This document shows, one piece after another, positions 1-8,999 of a DNA stretch of 37,990 nt; the stretch's first letter is position 1; every line of letters begins with the position of its first letter. Source of the DNA: a virus (taxonomy: Duplodnaviria > Caudoviricetes); IMG/VR virus record IMGVR_UViG_3300025247_000005, positions 1 to 37,990 of that record. The stretch is one strand, 5' to 3'. A program made the translations under genes and the position numbers. Under the pieces are notes generated by a model that saw only the letters and a program-made list of their open reading frames with translations, was not told the DNA's origin and did no database searches.

Positions 1-99
1 CCCGCCGAAGCGGGTTGTGTTATGCGGCGAGCGCCAAACCCTCCCGGGCTCTCAGCTCGTCCAGCGTCAATGTGCGCCCCAGGTCATCGGTGAAGCGCT
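1..99 (+). repeat. Terminal overlap identical to 37892-37990 (circular contig)
   Basis: Exact 99-bp match at both ends; it cuts through the 3' end of the minor head gene and its terminator. Confidence 0.97.
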
Positions 100-1036
100 C
101 AATGCTCACCTTGCCGGAGCGGAACAGTGCAGCCCGTTTCGGGCCCAGCACGTCATCCTGAAATTCTTTGCTCTGCTGCCGGAGCCAGCCGCCGTAAGTG
201 GTGCGATTGTCTACCGGGCCAAATTTGCTGGCCCGTTCGCCCAGCACCTGGATCCGATATTGCTCTTTCACCACCGGCACCATGATTGAGCGGCAGCCAA
301 AGTGAGCCGGAGGCCGTGGCCCTTGACCCAGCGGGTACACTTCGCGGTCCCGACCGGCACAGATCAGCGTAGTGCGCCCATCAAGGGTGCTAATCCAGCG
401 CTCACCTTCCAGAATATCGGCGTTGGCCTGATAAACCGTGTTCCGGGCAATGCTGCCGATGTGGTTGGTGGCTGTTCTGACTAGGCTTTCGGCCTGCTGC
501 CGGCTTCTGGTGGTGACCAGCTCAGAGACGCCCCGCGCCATCTGCTGCTGTGTTTTTCCTTCCAGAATGCCCGCCTGCACCACTCTCAGCGCATCGCGGC
601 CTACACCTTGGGCGAATTCATCAAAGGCCTGCCGGAGCGTAAGGCGCTTCACATTGTCACCTGACACCAACGTCATCAGGCTGCGTGTGGTTACCGCCCT
701 GAGTTGGTCCGGACTGATGGCTGGGGCCAGGTCCACCGCAACAGCAGCACCCAGCACCTTGTTGGCGAAATCCACCTCATGCTGGGTGAACTCGTCAATC
801 TCCAGCAGGCCTTCAATGTCCGCCGTTGCCGTAGCAATCAGGGTGCGGATGTCAGCCTCAAGACCTGCCGCACGGCCTGCCTGAAACTCTGTCAGCCTGC
901 CGCCTTCGATGCGATCCCGAAGGTCACGGGCAAGCTGCCGCAGAATTGGCAGAGCCCGCTTTACCGCAGACCCGCCATAGCGCTGGATGAATATCTGATG
1001 CCTGACCAGCGCCTCAATGATGCCGTGGGAGGTCAT
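20..1036 (-). CDS. Minor head morphogenesis protein (SPP1 gp7 / Mu gpF-like)
   Basis: WISTLDGRTT..C and PPAHFGCRS motifs; directly after the portal. Confidence 0.9.
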   Translation of the reverse strand: MTSHGIIEALVRHQIFIQRYGGSAVKRALPILRQLARDLRDRIEGGRLTEFQAGRAAGLEADIRTLIATATADIEGLLEIDEFTQHEVDFANKVLGAAVAVDLAPAISPDQLRAVTTRSLMTLVSGDNVKRLTLRQAFDEFAQGVGRDALRVVQAGILEGKTQQQMARGVSELVTTRSRQQAESLVRTATNHIGSIARNTVYQANADILEGERWISTLDGRTTLICAGRDREVYPLGQGPRPPAHFGCRSIMVPVVKEQYRIQVLGERASKFGPVDNRTTYGGWLRQQSKEFQDDVLGPKRAALFRSGKVSIERFTDDLGRTLTLDELRAREGLALAA

Positions 1037-2397
1037 AGCTCAGTGCCGCCGGCCTGCACCTCGTCGTCAATTTCTTCATCGGTGCGGTCAGCGGCGATCC
1101 CGCCAGTCTTGCGGCGCCAGTCGCGGTAATCCTTCTTAGCGATAAGGCCACGGTCCAGCTCTTGAATCCGGGCAATGACCATCTGCGGGTCAGCATCCTG
1201 TTCGTAGAATTCCTGATTCAGCTTGAAGGTGATTTGCTCATGCAGGTCCGCCGTGGACATGAACAATGCAGCCCATTCCAGGCAGTTCTCCAGCCCATCG
1301 CTGACGTTGTGGGCCAAAGTAGAGAGATTGGCGTTCTCCGCACCAGAGCGAGCCCGTACAGCTTCTGCTGTCTCGTTCTGGCCCCGCTGCTCAATCAGTC
1401 GGGCACCGATGGCCAGCATCTGCGCCTCTTTCTTCTCCATCAGCTCGCCAGGGAGATTGTTGGGCGCGGCCTGCACCAGATCCAGTCTGCCGCCCCGCGT
1501 CTGTATACCCACACGCGAGCCCCACTTGATGCCGTTCGGGTTCAGCTCTTTCCAGTCTTGAACGGTGGTGTTCTCGCCAATGTCCACATGCGGCATCGGC
1601 TGGCCAACCGTGAATGAGCTTTCTTCCAGATCCGCGCTGTTCCGGTAATGGCCGATGTTGAGATCAGCAATATCCAGCAGCATGGGGTTATCTGGATTCT
1701 CGTCATTATTGACGGTGCCCAGGAACTGGAACGGGATGAAAGGCCAGGCACCGCCGTTTGCCATTCTGGGGTAGGTATCCGCAACCACGTCATCACCACG
1801 GAATACGCGCTGCCGGTAACCAGTGGCGTCCAGGGACAGAACCCGGAATTGCTCCTTTTCCTCTACCGCGAATTCGTCTTTCGGCTCTTCGTAGGTCTCT
1901 GACAGGACAACCAGCACCAAGTCTTCGCCAGCACGGCGCCAGTTCCTGATGCTTGCGCTCGGGTAATGACGCAGTGTTGCCCGAAGGCCTTGCGTCTGCT
2001 CCCGGGTGAGACCGTCTTCCGCCTCGGGATAGTCGACAAGCACGCCGTGACGACCGTCTTGCATGGTGTCGCTGGTGGCGCGTCGTGCAAACTGGGTTAA
2101 GCCAAGGCCGGAGCCGTCCGCATCATCAATCAAGTACTCGATAGCCGCAGGCAGCTCAGTGGTGGGCGCCTTGCGGAATACCGCCCCCATCATCCCGTCA
2201 TGGGTGCGTTTCGTTACGCCAAGCCACTGCGCCCGCCCCTTGTACTCCTTGTAACGCTCAGGATCGTCCTTGTCAGGATTCGGCAGGTATTTAGTGCCGC
2301 GCGCCTTAATCGCATCCGAGCCCGCAACAGCGTCACGGACCCGTCGCGCCTTTTCCTGGTGCGCGTCGTAGCCTTTGTGAGTCGTCGTTACAGGCAT
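1033..2397 (-). CDS. Portal protein (DUF4055-type)
   Basis: 454 aa between terL and the gp7-like gene; YLP, LNIGHYRNSADLE and ETAE motifs. Confidence 0.88.
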   Translation of the reverse strand: MPVTTTHKGYDAHQEKARRVRDAVAGSDAIKARGTKYLPNPDKDDPERYKEYKGRAQWLGVTKRTHDGMMGAVFRKAPTTELPAAIEYLIDDADGSGLGLTQFARRATSDTMQDGRHGVLVDYPEAEDGLTREQTQGLRATLRHYPSASIRNWRRAGEDLVLVVLSETYEEPKDEFAVEEKEQFRVLSLDATGYRQRVFRGDDVVADTYPRMANGGAWPFIPFQFLGTVNNDENPDNPMLLDIADLNIGHYRNSADLEESSFTVGQPMPHVDIGENTTVQDWKELNPNGIKWGSRVGIQTRGGRLDLVQAAPNNLPGELMEKKEAQMLAIGARLIEQRGQNETAEAVRARSGAENANLSTLAHNVSDGLENCLEWAALFMSTADLHEQITFKLNQEFYEQDADPQMVIARIQELDRGLIAKKDYRDWRRKTGGIAADRTDEEIDDEVQAGGTEL

Positions 2398-2404
2398 TCA
2401 TTCC

Positions 2405-3703
2405 TCACTGGAACTTGATGGGGCCGATGCTGGCCGGTTTTATCAGCGGATAGTCGTGATGAATAAAGTAGCCACCCGCGTCATTCGGGTGGTCAAGGTC
2501 GCCTTTCTTGTCAGGCTCACCGTTATCAGCCCACGGCTGCTGCTCCAGGCTATCCGCATAACCCGGGCATTTATCTGTGTTCACAAGGTAGCGGCGCTCG
2601 CCTTTCGCATTGCAGAACATGGCGTTCATGGCGTTTACGCGGTCTTTAACCGGGGGGTTGGCCTTCGGCGCATGCACCGAGAAGCCCGCATCCTTGAGTG
2701 TTGCAATGTCGGTTTTGCTGGCGTTAACGGATTTTCTGGAATCGCCGGAGGCGTCTGGGTAAATGCGAATCTCGCATGTCTTCCAGTATTCGCCGTCCCG
2801 GTATTCCCAGTACCGCTCTTTGATCTTCTGAATCATGTCCGGCGTGTCATAGCCGTTCAGAATCTCATCCACCGCCCGGGGCATCTTGTTTCGCTTTACG
2901 TGGGTGACAGCGGCCATCTTTCCCACATTGAAGTCCATGCCGATATACAGCGGCTCACCGCTCTGAACGGTGTCAGAACAGTGATTCAGCGTCTTGTCGA
3001 ACTGGTGGTAAACCGTGCCTGACAGCAGGTTTACAAACTGGCCGTTCAGGTAAGCCCGGATCAGCTCCGGTGTGTACGCCTCCAGCATGGCATCAATGTA
3101 GTCTTCAGGCAGGTTCGCTTCATTGTCGAACGTGGAGGCCTGAATAATGCCGTAGCGCTTGGCCATTTCTGGCCGTTCGCGCAGCGACTTAACGAACTGG
3201 CGATAGACGAACTTAAAGCCTTCCGGCGTCGTCGTGACATCAATGCCGTTCTTGACCCCATGCACCTTGTAGCGCATCCGGGCCATAATCTTTCGCCAGG
3301 CCTGCTCTGCCTTCTTCTCGGCAAGCAGGTCCAGCTCATCGACCAGTGCATGGCCGATCTTGAAACCAACAATGTTGGCCGGGTCATCGATCGAGCGGCA
3401 GATAACAGAACCGCGATACCGGCTGCCGCTGTAAACCTCTACTTCGTGGTCACCCTTCTTAACCTTGACCCGCAGGCCCATGGTTTCGGCAACCTCGCCT
3501 ATTGTGGGATAGAAAATATCCCTGATAAGCGGATAGGTCGGGGCAAAATAGCCTTGATTGATCTTGGGGTGCTCATAAAAGTGAGCCAGCATCCCGGTGC
3601 AGCCAACCCAGGTCTTGCCTGAGCCAAAGCCCGCTACATAGGCCCGATACTTGTGCGACAGGTTGAGGAACTGACTCTGCGGAACATTAAGCCCCGTCCT
3701 CAC
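2405..3703 (-). CDS. terL: Terminase large subunit
   Basis: Walker A AGFGSGKT, Walker B LVDE, coupling motif TTTPEG, nuclease IGMDFN and DHPNDA; probable GTG start at 3703 overlapping the terS end. Confidence 0.95.
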   Translation of the reverse strand: MRTGLNVPQSQFLNLSHKYRAYVAGFGSGKTWVGCTGMLAHFYEHPKINQGYFAPTYPLIRDIFYPTIGEVAETMGLRVKVKKGDHEVEVYSGSRYRGSVICRSIDDPANIVGFKIGHALVDELDLLAEKKAEQAWRKIMARMRYKVHGVKNGIDVTTTPEGFKFVYRQFVKSLRERPEMAKRYGIIQASTFDNEANLPEDYIDAMLEAYTPELIRAYLNGQFVNLLSGTVYHQFDKTLNHCSDTVQSGEPLYIGMDFNVGKMAAVTHVKRNKMPRAVDEILNGYDTPDMIQKIKERYWEYRDGEYWKTCEIRIYPDASGDSRKSVNASKTDIATLKDAGFSVHAPKANPPVKDRVNAMNAMFCNAKGERRYLVNTDKCPGYADSLEQQPWADNGEPDKKGDLDHPNDAGGYFIHHDYPLIKPASIGPIKFQ

Positions 3704-4145
3704 CACCCTTGCGCGTTCTTGCATCCTGGACCTCGAAAACGATTTTCGTGGGCGGCAGGTCTGCGCCACCACCAGCGGGGTCTGGATTGCGTTGCCACTT
3801 GTCACGCTGCCGGTTATGCAACCAGGCAAGGCAAGCTGTCGTATCAGGCGGGTAATGCTCTATGTAGGGCTCGACCACCGGCTGGCCCTCGTACTGCATG
3901 ATCTTCACGGCCTCGTGGCTGTAACCACAGGCTCTGCGGTAGAGGCTTTCCACCACATTCGCATCTGCCAAAGTCTTGCCCTTTTTTAAGGACTGAAGAA
4001 ACTCTGGGTGCTTTGTCTTCCAGGTATTGAACGTACGCTCTGTAACGCCGAAGAACTCGGCCATTTCCTTGTCGGTCAGGCCCAGCTTTGAAAGCTTCTC
4101 GGCTTGCTCCACGTACTCTTCTTTGTAACTGCTTGGTCTGGCCAT
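3687..4145 (-). CDS. terS: Terminase small subunit
   Basis: MARPSSY start behind GGAGG, N-terminal HTH, SLYRRACGY...PPDTTA..WL.NR motif; upstream of terL. Confidence 0.88.
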   Translation of the reverse strand: MARPSSYKEEYVEQAEKLSKLGLTDKEMAEFFGVTERTFNTWKTKHPEFLQSLKKGKTLADANVVESLYRRACGYSHEAVKIMQYEGQPVVEPYIEHYPPDTTACLAWLHNRQRDKWQRNPDPAGGGADLPPTKIVFEVQDARTRKGGEDGA

Positions 4146-4237
4146 CGCAGATGACCTCCATACCGGCCCCGCCGGCTCACTTCGGGCACCGCCCGTTTCA
4201 CATTCGGCAGCCATCCTCGAATGACTATCGAATATGG

Positions 4238-4636
4238 CTATTCCTTAATCGTTGCCTTCTGCGGCGTCTTCTCCACCACTACGGCGTCGAATTTGGGCAC
4301 CAGCCCGATTGCTCCGATGATGATGGTGAGAACAGCCAGCAGCGTTACAACAATGCTTGAGCGCGTCTTTGTGCTGCTCTCGATCTTTGCCAGCGCCACC
4401 CGAAACTCCTCAAACCCGGAAGTTTGGTTGATGCCTATCTGGCTGATGGTTGATTTCACGTCATGCATGTCGCTGGCCATCTGGCTTGCTGTGGTTTCGA
4501 GGTTCCCCACCCGGTGGGGCAGCTTTTCTTCCTCGAGCACACGCAGGCGGTGATCAGTCAGGGTGTTGGCGCGCTCCAGGTCGTTCACCCGGTACGGTAG
4601 GCTGTCCATCTTTTCCTGCGCCTCGCTCTGACTCAC
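4238..4636 (-). CDS. Coiled-coil protein with C-terminal TM helix (lysis-region membrane protein)
   Basis: GTG start with GGAG RBS; hydrophobic IVVTLLAVLTIIIGAIGLV. Confidence 0.65.
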   Translation of the reverse strand: MSQSEAQEKMDSLPYRVNDLERANTLTDHRLRVLEEEKLPHRVGNLETTASQMASDMHDVKSTISQIGINQTSGFEEFRVALAKIESSTKTRSSIVVTLLAVLTIIIGAIGLVPKFDAVVVEKTPQKATIKE

Positions 4637-4763
4637 GTACCGCTCTCCACCATTGCCGCACCAGATATGCAGCGCCAAGCCAAAAAAGTAAGGTGATGAT
4701 TGCGCCCAGGATCAGGCCGTGAAGCGTGTCCTGGACTTTCTTATTCCGCAGAACGGATCGCAT
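4554..4763 (-). CDS. Possible small single-pass membrane protein
   Basis: One strong TM segment, but the ORF overlaps both neighbours. Confidence 0.35.
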   Translation of the reverse strand: MRSVLRNKKVQDTLHGLILGAIITLLFWLGAAYLVRQWWRAVRESERGAGKDGQPTVPGERPGARQHPD

Positions 4764-4995
4764 CGACCAGTCCGTTATGGCGGGTTGCGCAATCGTGGTA
4801 CTGGCTGGCCCACTGCTTCATGGTGGTCAGCACCGTACCGGCCTCCCCGTCACTCAGGGTTGGCAGTTGCCGCGGGCATTTCGCCATCAGGTTCTGCTGA
4901 TAGGCCGGTAATGTCGTTTGTTGCCGCGGCGTTGAGCAGGCTGACACCAGTACCAGGCAGGCACACATTGCGATACACAGTCTTCTGGATCTCAC
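4741..4995 (-). CDS. o-spanin (Rz1-like lipoprotein)
   Basis: Signal peptide with lipobox LVSA-C; overlaps the 3' part of the i-spanin in another frame; Y..CA.RH..L tail. Confidence 0.85.
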   Translation of the reverse strand: MRSRRLCIAMCACLVLVSACSTPRQQTTLPAYQQNLMAKCPRQLPTLSDGEAGTVLTTMKQWASQYHDCATRHNGLVDAIRSAE

Positions 4996-5245
4996 GTGTC
5001 ACCCCGCGGTCGATAACGGTTTGATTTGCCTTCAGGCCCGATAGCTTCTCTTCCACTGCCGCGGCAATCTTGGAATCTGACTTCAGTGCCGCGGTAATTG
5101 CATCCGCGGTGGCCTTTTGACGCTCAAGCTCTTTGGAGTCTTCATGCCAGCCCTTGCCAACCCAGCCGATCCCGACCAGTGCCGCGGCAACTGCCAGCAC
5201 GACCAGATACGGTCCGCCCTTCTTCAGCAGGGTGAGCCAGGTCAT
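4850..5245 (-). CDS. i-spanin (Rz-like)
   Basis: N-terminal TM helix, coiled coil, YRNVCLP motif; follows the holin. Confidence 0.85.
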   Translation of the reverse strand: MTWLTLLKKGGPYLVVLAVAAALVGIGWVGKGWHEDSKELERQKATADAITAALKSDSKIAAAVEEKLSGLKANQTVIDRGVTREIQKTVYRNVCLPGTGVSLLNAAATNDITGLSAEPDGEMPAATANPE

Positions 5246-5445
5246 TGCTTCTTCCCGCTGTTCACGTAGAAGCCGAACCAGGCAGCAGCAGCGCCCCAGA
5301 TGCCAGTGGCAAAGGTCGTCTGCGGGCCTGACGGGTCAGCCAGTGCCGTGAACCAGTCGAAGGTCTGCCAGCACACCAAGCCGTAGAGAATCACCAGCAA
5401 GCGGGGCACTACGCGCCACTTGTCCAGCGTTTCGGGATTCATCAC
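5242..5445 (-). CDS. Holin (two TM helices)
   Basis: 67 aa, two hydrophobic helices, basic C-terminus; between endolysin and spanins. Confidence 0.75.
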   Translation of the reverse strand: MMNPETLDKWRVVPRLLVILYGLVCWQTFDWFTALADPSGPQTTFATGIWGAAAAWFGFYVNSGKKQ

Positions 5446-5846
5446 CCCTCCATCGCAATCAGGGCAGGCGTCGGGTCCAAATAATCCCCGTCGCGCTTGA
5501 TTTCAAAATGGACGTGATTCGGGATACCCGGGTAGCGCCGGCCCAGATCCTGGGCAGAGCCGATAGCTGTCTCTGCGGTTACTTCCTGCCCGACTCTGAC
5601 ACTTGGCTCTACATAGAACACGCGGAAGTCATAGTCACCGGCAGTGATTTGCACGTACCGATAGCTGAGATCATCTCCGTAGGGATAACCCACCTTGGTC
5701 ACGGTGCCAGTTACCGGGGAATTGATGGCCTCGCCACTCTGGGCAAGTAAATCCACTCCCTTGTGTGTACGACTTCCACGGGGCGCGCCGAAATGGCCTG
5801 CGCCAAAGCCATCACTACCGCGCCGTTTCAGTTCGGACAGTTTCAT
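5442..5846 (-). CDS. M23-family peptidase, probable endolysin
   Basis: Zn motifs HKGVD and HVH, terminal DP; first gene of the lysis cassette. Confidence 0.85.
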   Translation of the reverse strand: MKLSELKRRGSDGFGAGHFGAPRGSRTHKGVDLLAQSGEAINSPVTGTVTKVGYPYGDDLSYRYVQITAGDYDFRVFYVEPSVRVGQEVTAETAIGSAQDLGRRYPGIPNHVHFEIKRDGDYLDPTPALIAMEG

Positions 5847-5858
5847 GATGGCCTCCAG

Positions 5859-5888
5859 AAAAAGAAAAACCCGCTCGAAGGCGGGTTT
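5859..5888 (-). terminator. Intrinsic terminator before the late operon (tR'-like)
   Basis: Stem AAACCCGC/GCGGGTTT followed by a U-rich tract on the minus strand. Confidence 0.8.
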
Positions 5889-6024
5889 AAAGCTGGCCGG
5901 TTTTGGGATCAGGGGGAACCAGGGTGGCCAGCGGAGTTGCTGCTATCCAAGGAGAAAGAGCAAGCGCCCGAAAGCAGCGGGCAGCTTTGACTCTTGCAAA
6001 ACAGGGTACCAGAGGTGCGGTCAT

Positions 6025-6582
6025 TTATACTGCGGTCATTTGCTGTCTTTCTATTGACCGTAGCGCCACGATTTCCTCGCAAACTTCATCCGGCTGTTTC
6101 AGCCCTTCACGGTGCCACCGATGCAGGATATTCCCCATGCTTTCCCACCACTTTGGCCACTGCCGGCCCTGCTTGTACCAGTTGCTGCGATCGATGCCGG
6201 CCAACTGACAAACCAGATCCACCGGGAAGGCGCTGGAACGTGATTCCTTCTGGTAACTGAGCAGCGCAACCTCTGCCAGTCTCTTGGCCTTGAGGAAGGT
6301 TCTTTCCTGCTTCACTTCATCCCCATGGCGCTTGATGAACTCACCGAACAGAGCGCGATGGGCGGATTTAAAGTTCTTATCCTCCCACTCCGGGGCGTAG
6401 CACAGGATCAGCAGATCACCCAGGGGCCGGGGCTGGTTTTCCACTGCAGCCATGATCTTGCCGGCGAACACTGCCTTGGCCATGCCGTACAGGCTGCCAG
6501 AGACAGGATCACCGCCACCTCCCCCGCGCTGCATCTTCTGGATTCCGTAAGCGTCGTGGATCATCTTCTTGGTATCAGCCAT
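6025..6582 (-). CDS. Putative late-gene antiterminator (Q-like)
   Basis: Position after ninG and before the tR'-like terminator and lysis genes; C-terminal HTH-like segment. Call rests mostly on gene order. Confidence 0.6.
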   Translation of the reverse strand: MADTKKMIHDAYGIQKMQRGGGGGDPVSGSLYGMAKAVFAGKIMAAVENQPRPLGDLLILCYAPEWEDKNFKSAHRALFGEFIKRHGDEVKQERTFLKAKRLAEVALLSYQKESRSSAFPVDLVCQLAGIDRSNWYKQGRQWPKWWESMGNILHRWHREGLKQPDEVCEEIVALRSIERQQMTAV

Positions 6583-6778
6583 CTGCCCTCTCCTTCCGAA
6601 CCAGAATCACGTAAACGAACATAAATGGACCAATGAGCCAGAAAATTGACTTGGGAATATCGTTCACAACATCAAATTTTCTGGCATCGATGATCTTGGC
6701 GGACAGCATCAACGAAATACGCACCGACTCTCCGAGCATTAACCATAGAAGAACGCACAAAACCGTTAGCCCAAACAT
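6575..6778 (-). CDS. Small AT-rich membrane protein
   Basis: Two hydrophobic segments; abuts both neighbours. Confidence 0.6.
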   Translation of the reverse strand: MFGLTVLCVLLWLMLGESVRISLMLSAKIIDARKFDVVNDIPKSIFWLIGPFMFVYVILVRKERADG

Positions 6779-6780
6779 TG

Positions 6781-7359
6781 TCAGCTCCCCTTCTCCAATT
6801 CCCGCTTCATCTTCGTGAATGCCAGCTTGATCTCTATGAGATCCTGGATTGTGTATTTCTTCGGGTCGTGCGGACCTTCCAGCCAGTCAACGGCCTCCTG
6901 CCCGATCCGCTTTACCAGATTGATGCGGTAATCCACCGCCCGGCCTGACAGGTCACGGTTGCAGCGCTTGCACTGCCGGTGTGCGTTCAGGGGCTCGAAT
7001 CTCAGTTCCGGGCTGGCGCCCACCGAGCGGTAGTGGCCGCAGTCCCATGTGCCTCCCACTGCCTGCGCCCGGACTTCGCCGTCATTGCGTCCGCAGCTGA
7101 TGCACGGCCTGCCCTGGTCACGCTCACGGATATAGGCGTTGAATGCCTTCTGCGCATCCTTCATGTGGTCAGAGCGTGTCTTGAGGCGCTGCTTTGCCTC
7201 CCTGATGCTCTTGCGCTTCTCTGCCGCCCGCTTCTTGGCCTTGAGCGTTGGGCCGGCAGCCTTGGCGCACGGGATGGAGCACACCAGCTGCGTGGCCATG
7301 GTTGGCTCGAACCATTGCAGGCAACCCCGGCACTTTCTGCGTCTGGCTTTCAGTGTCAT
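6781..7359 (-). CDS. ninG: NinG/Rap recombination endonuclease
   Basis: CISCG...WDCGHYRSVGA..LRF..N.HRQC..CN signature. Confidence 0.93.
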   Translation of the reverse strand: MTLKARRRKCRGCLQWFEPTMATQLVCSIPCAKAAGPTLKAKKRAAEKRKSIREAKQRLKTRSDHMKDAQKAFNAYIRERDQGRPCISCGRNDGEVRAQAVGGTWDCGHYRSVGASPELRFEPLNAHRQCKRCNRDLSGRAVDYRINLVKRIGQEAVDWLEGPHDPKKYTIQDLIEIKLAFTKMKRELEKGS

Positions 7360-7508
7360 TCCACCCTCGACAGTTCGTTAGGCTCCACCTCAGCCTCCGG
7401 CCAGTGGAACCGTGCAAAATCCAGCGCCTTATCGCGCCCCTTTGGCTCGCCCACCATCGTGGCGATGCGCTCTCCGTTTACGATTGCGTACCAGCTGCGG
7501 TAGATCAC
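7356..7508 (-). CDS. Hypothetical 50-aa protein (MIYRSWYAIVNG...)
   Basis: GTGA start/stop coupling upstream and ATGA coupling to ninG. Confidence 0.6.
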   Translation of the reverse strand: MIYRSWYAIVNGERIATMVGEPKGRDKALDFARFHWPEAEVEPNELSRVE

Positions 7509-7648
7509 TGGCGTCCTCTCTCCAGCTCCATCAGAATCAATACTCCAACTGCCAGCGTCGCGACCTCTGCCCGCCTGTCCTCTCCACTCCAAAGGGATGA
7601 GGCAACGGTAAACAGAAGCGCACCAAGCAAAATGTCGGACTTCTTCAC
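7505..7648 (-). CDS. Hypothetical 47-aa hydrophobic protein (MKKSDILLGALL...)
   Basis: GTGA coupling on both sides. Confidence 0.6.
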   Translation of the reverse strand: MKKSDILLGALLFTVASSLWSGEDRRAEVATLAVGVLILMELERGRQ

Positions 7649-7788
7649 ATTCCCCCCAGCGCAGCGATCTGCAGGCCAAGAAACAGGCCAGAGGCGGCAA
7701 AGCCCAGCCAGTGCCGGGTGTACGCCGTAATTCCCATGGCAAAGACGGTCAGGCCAAAGGTCAGTGGTTGAAGCCATGCCTGGTCCAT
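7645..7788 (-). CDS. Hypothetical 47-aa membrane protein (MDQAWLQPLTFGL...), absent from the ORF track
   Basis: TAATG overlap with the ninB stop, GGAGG RBS, two hydrophobic stretches. Confidence 0.6.
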   Translation of the reverse strand: MDQAWLQPLTFGLTVFAMGITAYTRHWLGFAASGLFLGLQIAALGGM

Positions 7789-8252
7789 TACGCGGCCTCC
7801 TTCTGCTGCAAGGCGGCATATTCGCCACGCGATTCCAGAATCAGCCCATCACCAGCCGCCACGGATTGAAGCCAGGTCAAGAAGAAATACATCTCCCCCT
7901 GCTTCCAGTCTTTGCTGCTCGTGAAGTCGAGTTTTCGCTGCTCAGGGTTGGCCGGGTTAACCACCTCATGCACCAGCCACTTCTGGCCGGTTTCGAGATA
8001 GCAGGTGCGCTTTGCGTGGCGCTTCATGCCTTCAGCTTCACCCTTGCTTACCTGCTTTTTACCTTTACCCAACAGGTGGGCCGCATACTCTGTCAGCCAG
8101 ACATGCAGCAGTGAGTTCTGATCCAGACTGCGCTGCTCGCCGATCCGCCAGCTGAAGGTGAGATATTTGTGTTTTGCCTGCAGGGCGTAGACGAAGCGCA
8201 GGAAAGACTCGCAAGCAGGCTGAGAATTAACGGTGTAGGTTTCTCTGCTCAT
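7788..8252 (-). CDS. ninB: NinB/YbcN-like recombination protein
   Basis: RSLDQNSLLH.W motif; nin-region position. Confidence 0.7.
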   Translation of the reverse strand: MSRETYTVNSQPACESFLRFVYALQAKHKYLTFSWRIGEQRSLDQNSLLHVWLTEYAAHLLGKGKKQVSKGEAEGMKRHAKRTCYLETGQKWLVHEVVNPANPEQRKLDFTSSKDWKQGEMYFFLTWLQSVAAGDGLILESRGEYAALQQKEAA

Positions 8253-8425
8253 GCCGTGCCCCCGATAATCGCGGCCATGATGCAGCAGGCCCGGTAGGCA
8301 CGTTCGTGGTCTTTCGTGAATCGGCGGCCGGGTAACACCCAGCCCTGGTGTTTATCGTCGTAACAGACCGTTGCGCCCTTCACGATGATGTTTTTCTGGC
8401 GGGGCTTTCTGATGAATGTGTTCAT
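8249..8425 (-). CDS. Hypothetical protein
   Basis: ATGA-coupled, GGAGG RBS; GWVLPG motif. Confidence 0.6.
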   Translation of the reverse strand: MNTFIRKPRQKNIIVKGATVCYDDKHQGWVLPGRRFTKDHERAYRACCIMAAIIGGTA

Positions 8426-8649
8426 GCTGCCTCCAAATACTTTCTTGCGGCTTTGTCGCACCGCTCTTGCCAATCTTTAAGGCCTTCCCACCCCCACTGG
8501 TGACCACCGGTGCAGATGGAATGAATCGGGCACCCTGCGCAGCCTTTGCCGTGCTCGTATCGGCTATCGCAAAGTTGGTAGCGCGGCGCTTTCGGTTCGC
8601 GGGGAATGAAGTTGGCTTTCTCTGCGGGGAACATAGGAATCTGGCTCAT
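8422..8649 (-). CDS. Hypothetical Cys-rich protein
   Basis: ATGA-coupled; C...CxxCP...C. Confidence 0.6.
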   Translation of the reverse strand: MSQIPMFPAEKANFIPREPKAPRYQLCDSRYEHGKGCAGCPIHSICTGGHQWGWEGLKDWQERCDKAARKYLEAA

Positions 8650-8999
8650 GCCGCCCTCCCCGCTTTCCTCTTCTGCACCATTCGCTCAACTATCGCTTTT
8701 CCTTTTGCGATCTTTTCTGCGCTCATTGGCTTGTGCCGCTCAAATGTCATCCGGCGCGTAATTCGAGCCTTCTGCGGTCCGCTCAGGCGGTACTGCAAAT
8801 TCATCGCCCCGGTCACCGGACAGATCACCCGGCGCCACGCAGTGATGTGCCCCAGGTCTTCCAGTTCGCGCAGGCGGCGGCACAGGGTCTGCACCATCAA
8901 GCCAGTGTCGCGGTGGATCTCGTTACGGGTCGCGCCGTGCGGGCAGGAATACAGGTACTGCCGGATGCGTTCTCGTTGGGTTGCTGCGTTGTGTTTCAT
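8646..8999 (-). CDS. Winged-helix DNA-binding protein
   Basis: GATRNEI...GL..QTLCRRLREL...G pattern; ATGA-coupled to the loader gene. Confidence 0.7.
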   Translation of the reverse strand: MKHNAATQRERIRQYLYSCPHGATRNEIHRDTGLMVQTLCRRLRELEDLGHITAWRRVICPVTGAMNLQYRLSGPQKARITRRMTFERHKPMSAEKIAKGKAIVERMVQKRKAGRAA

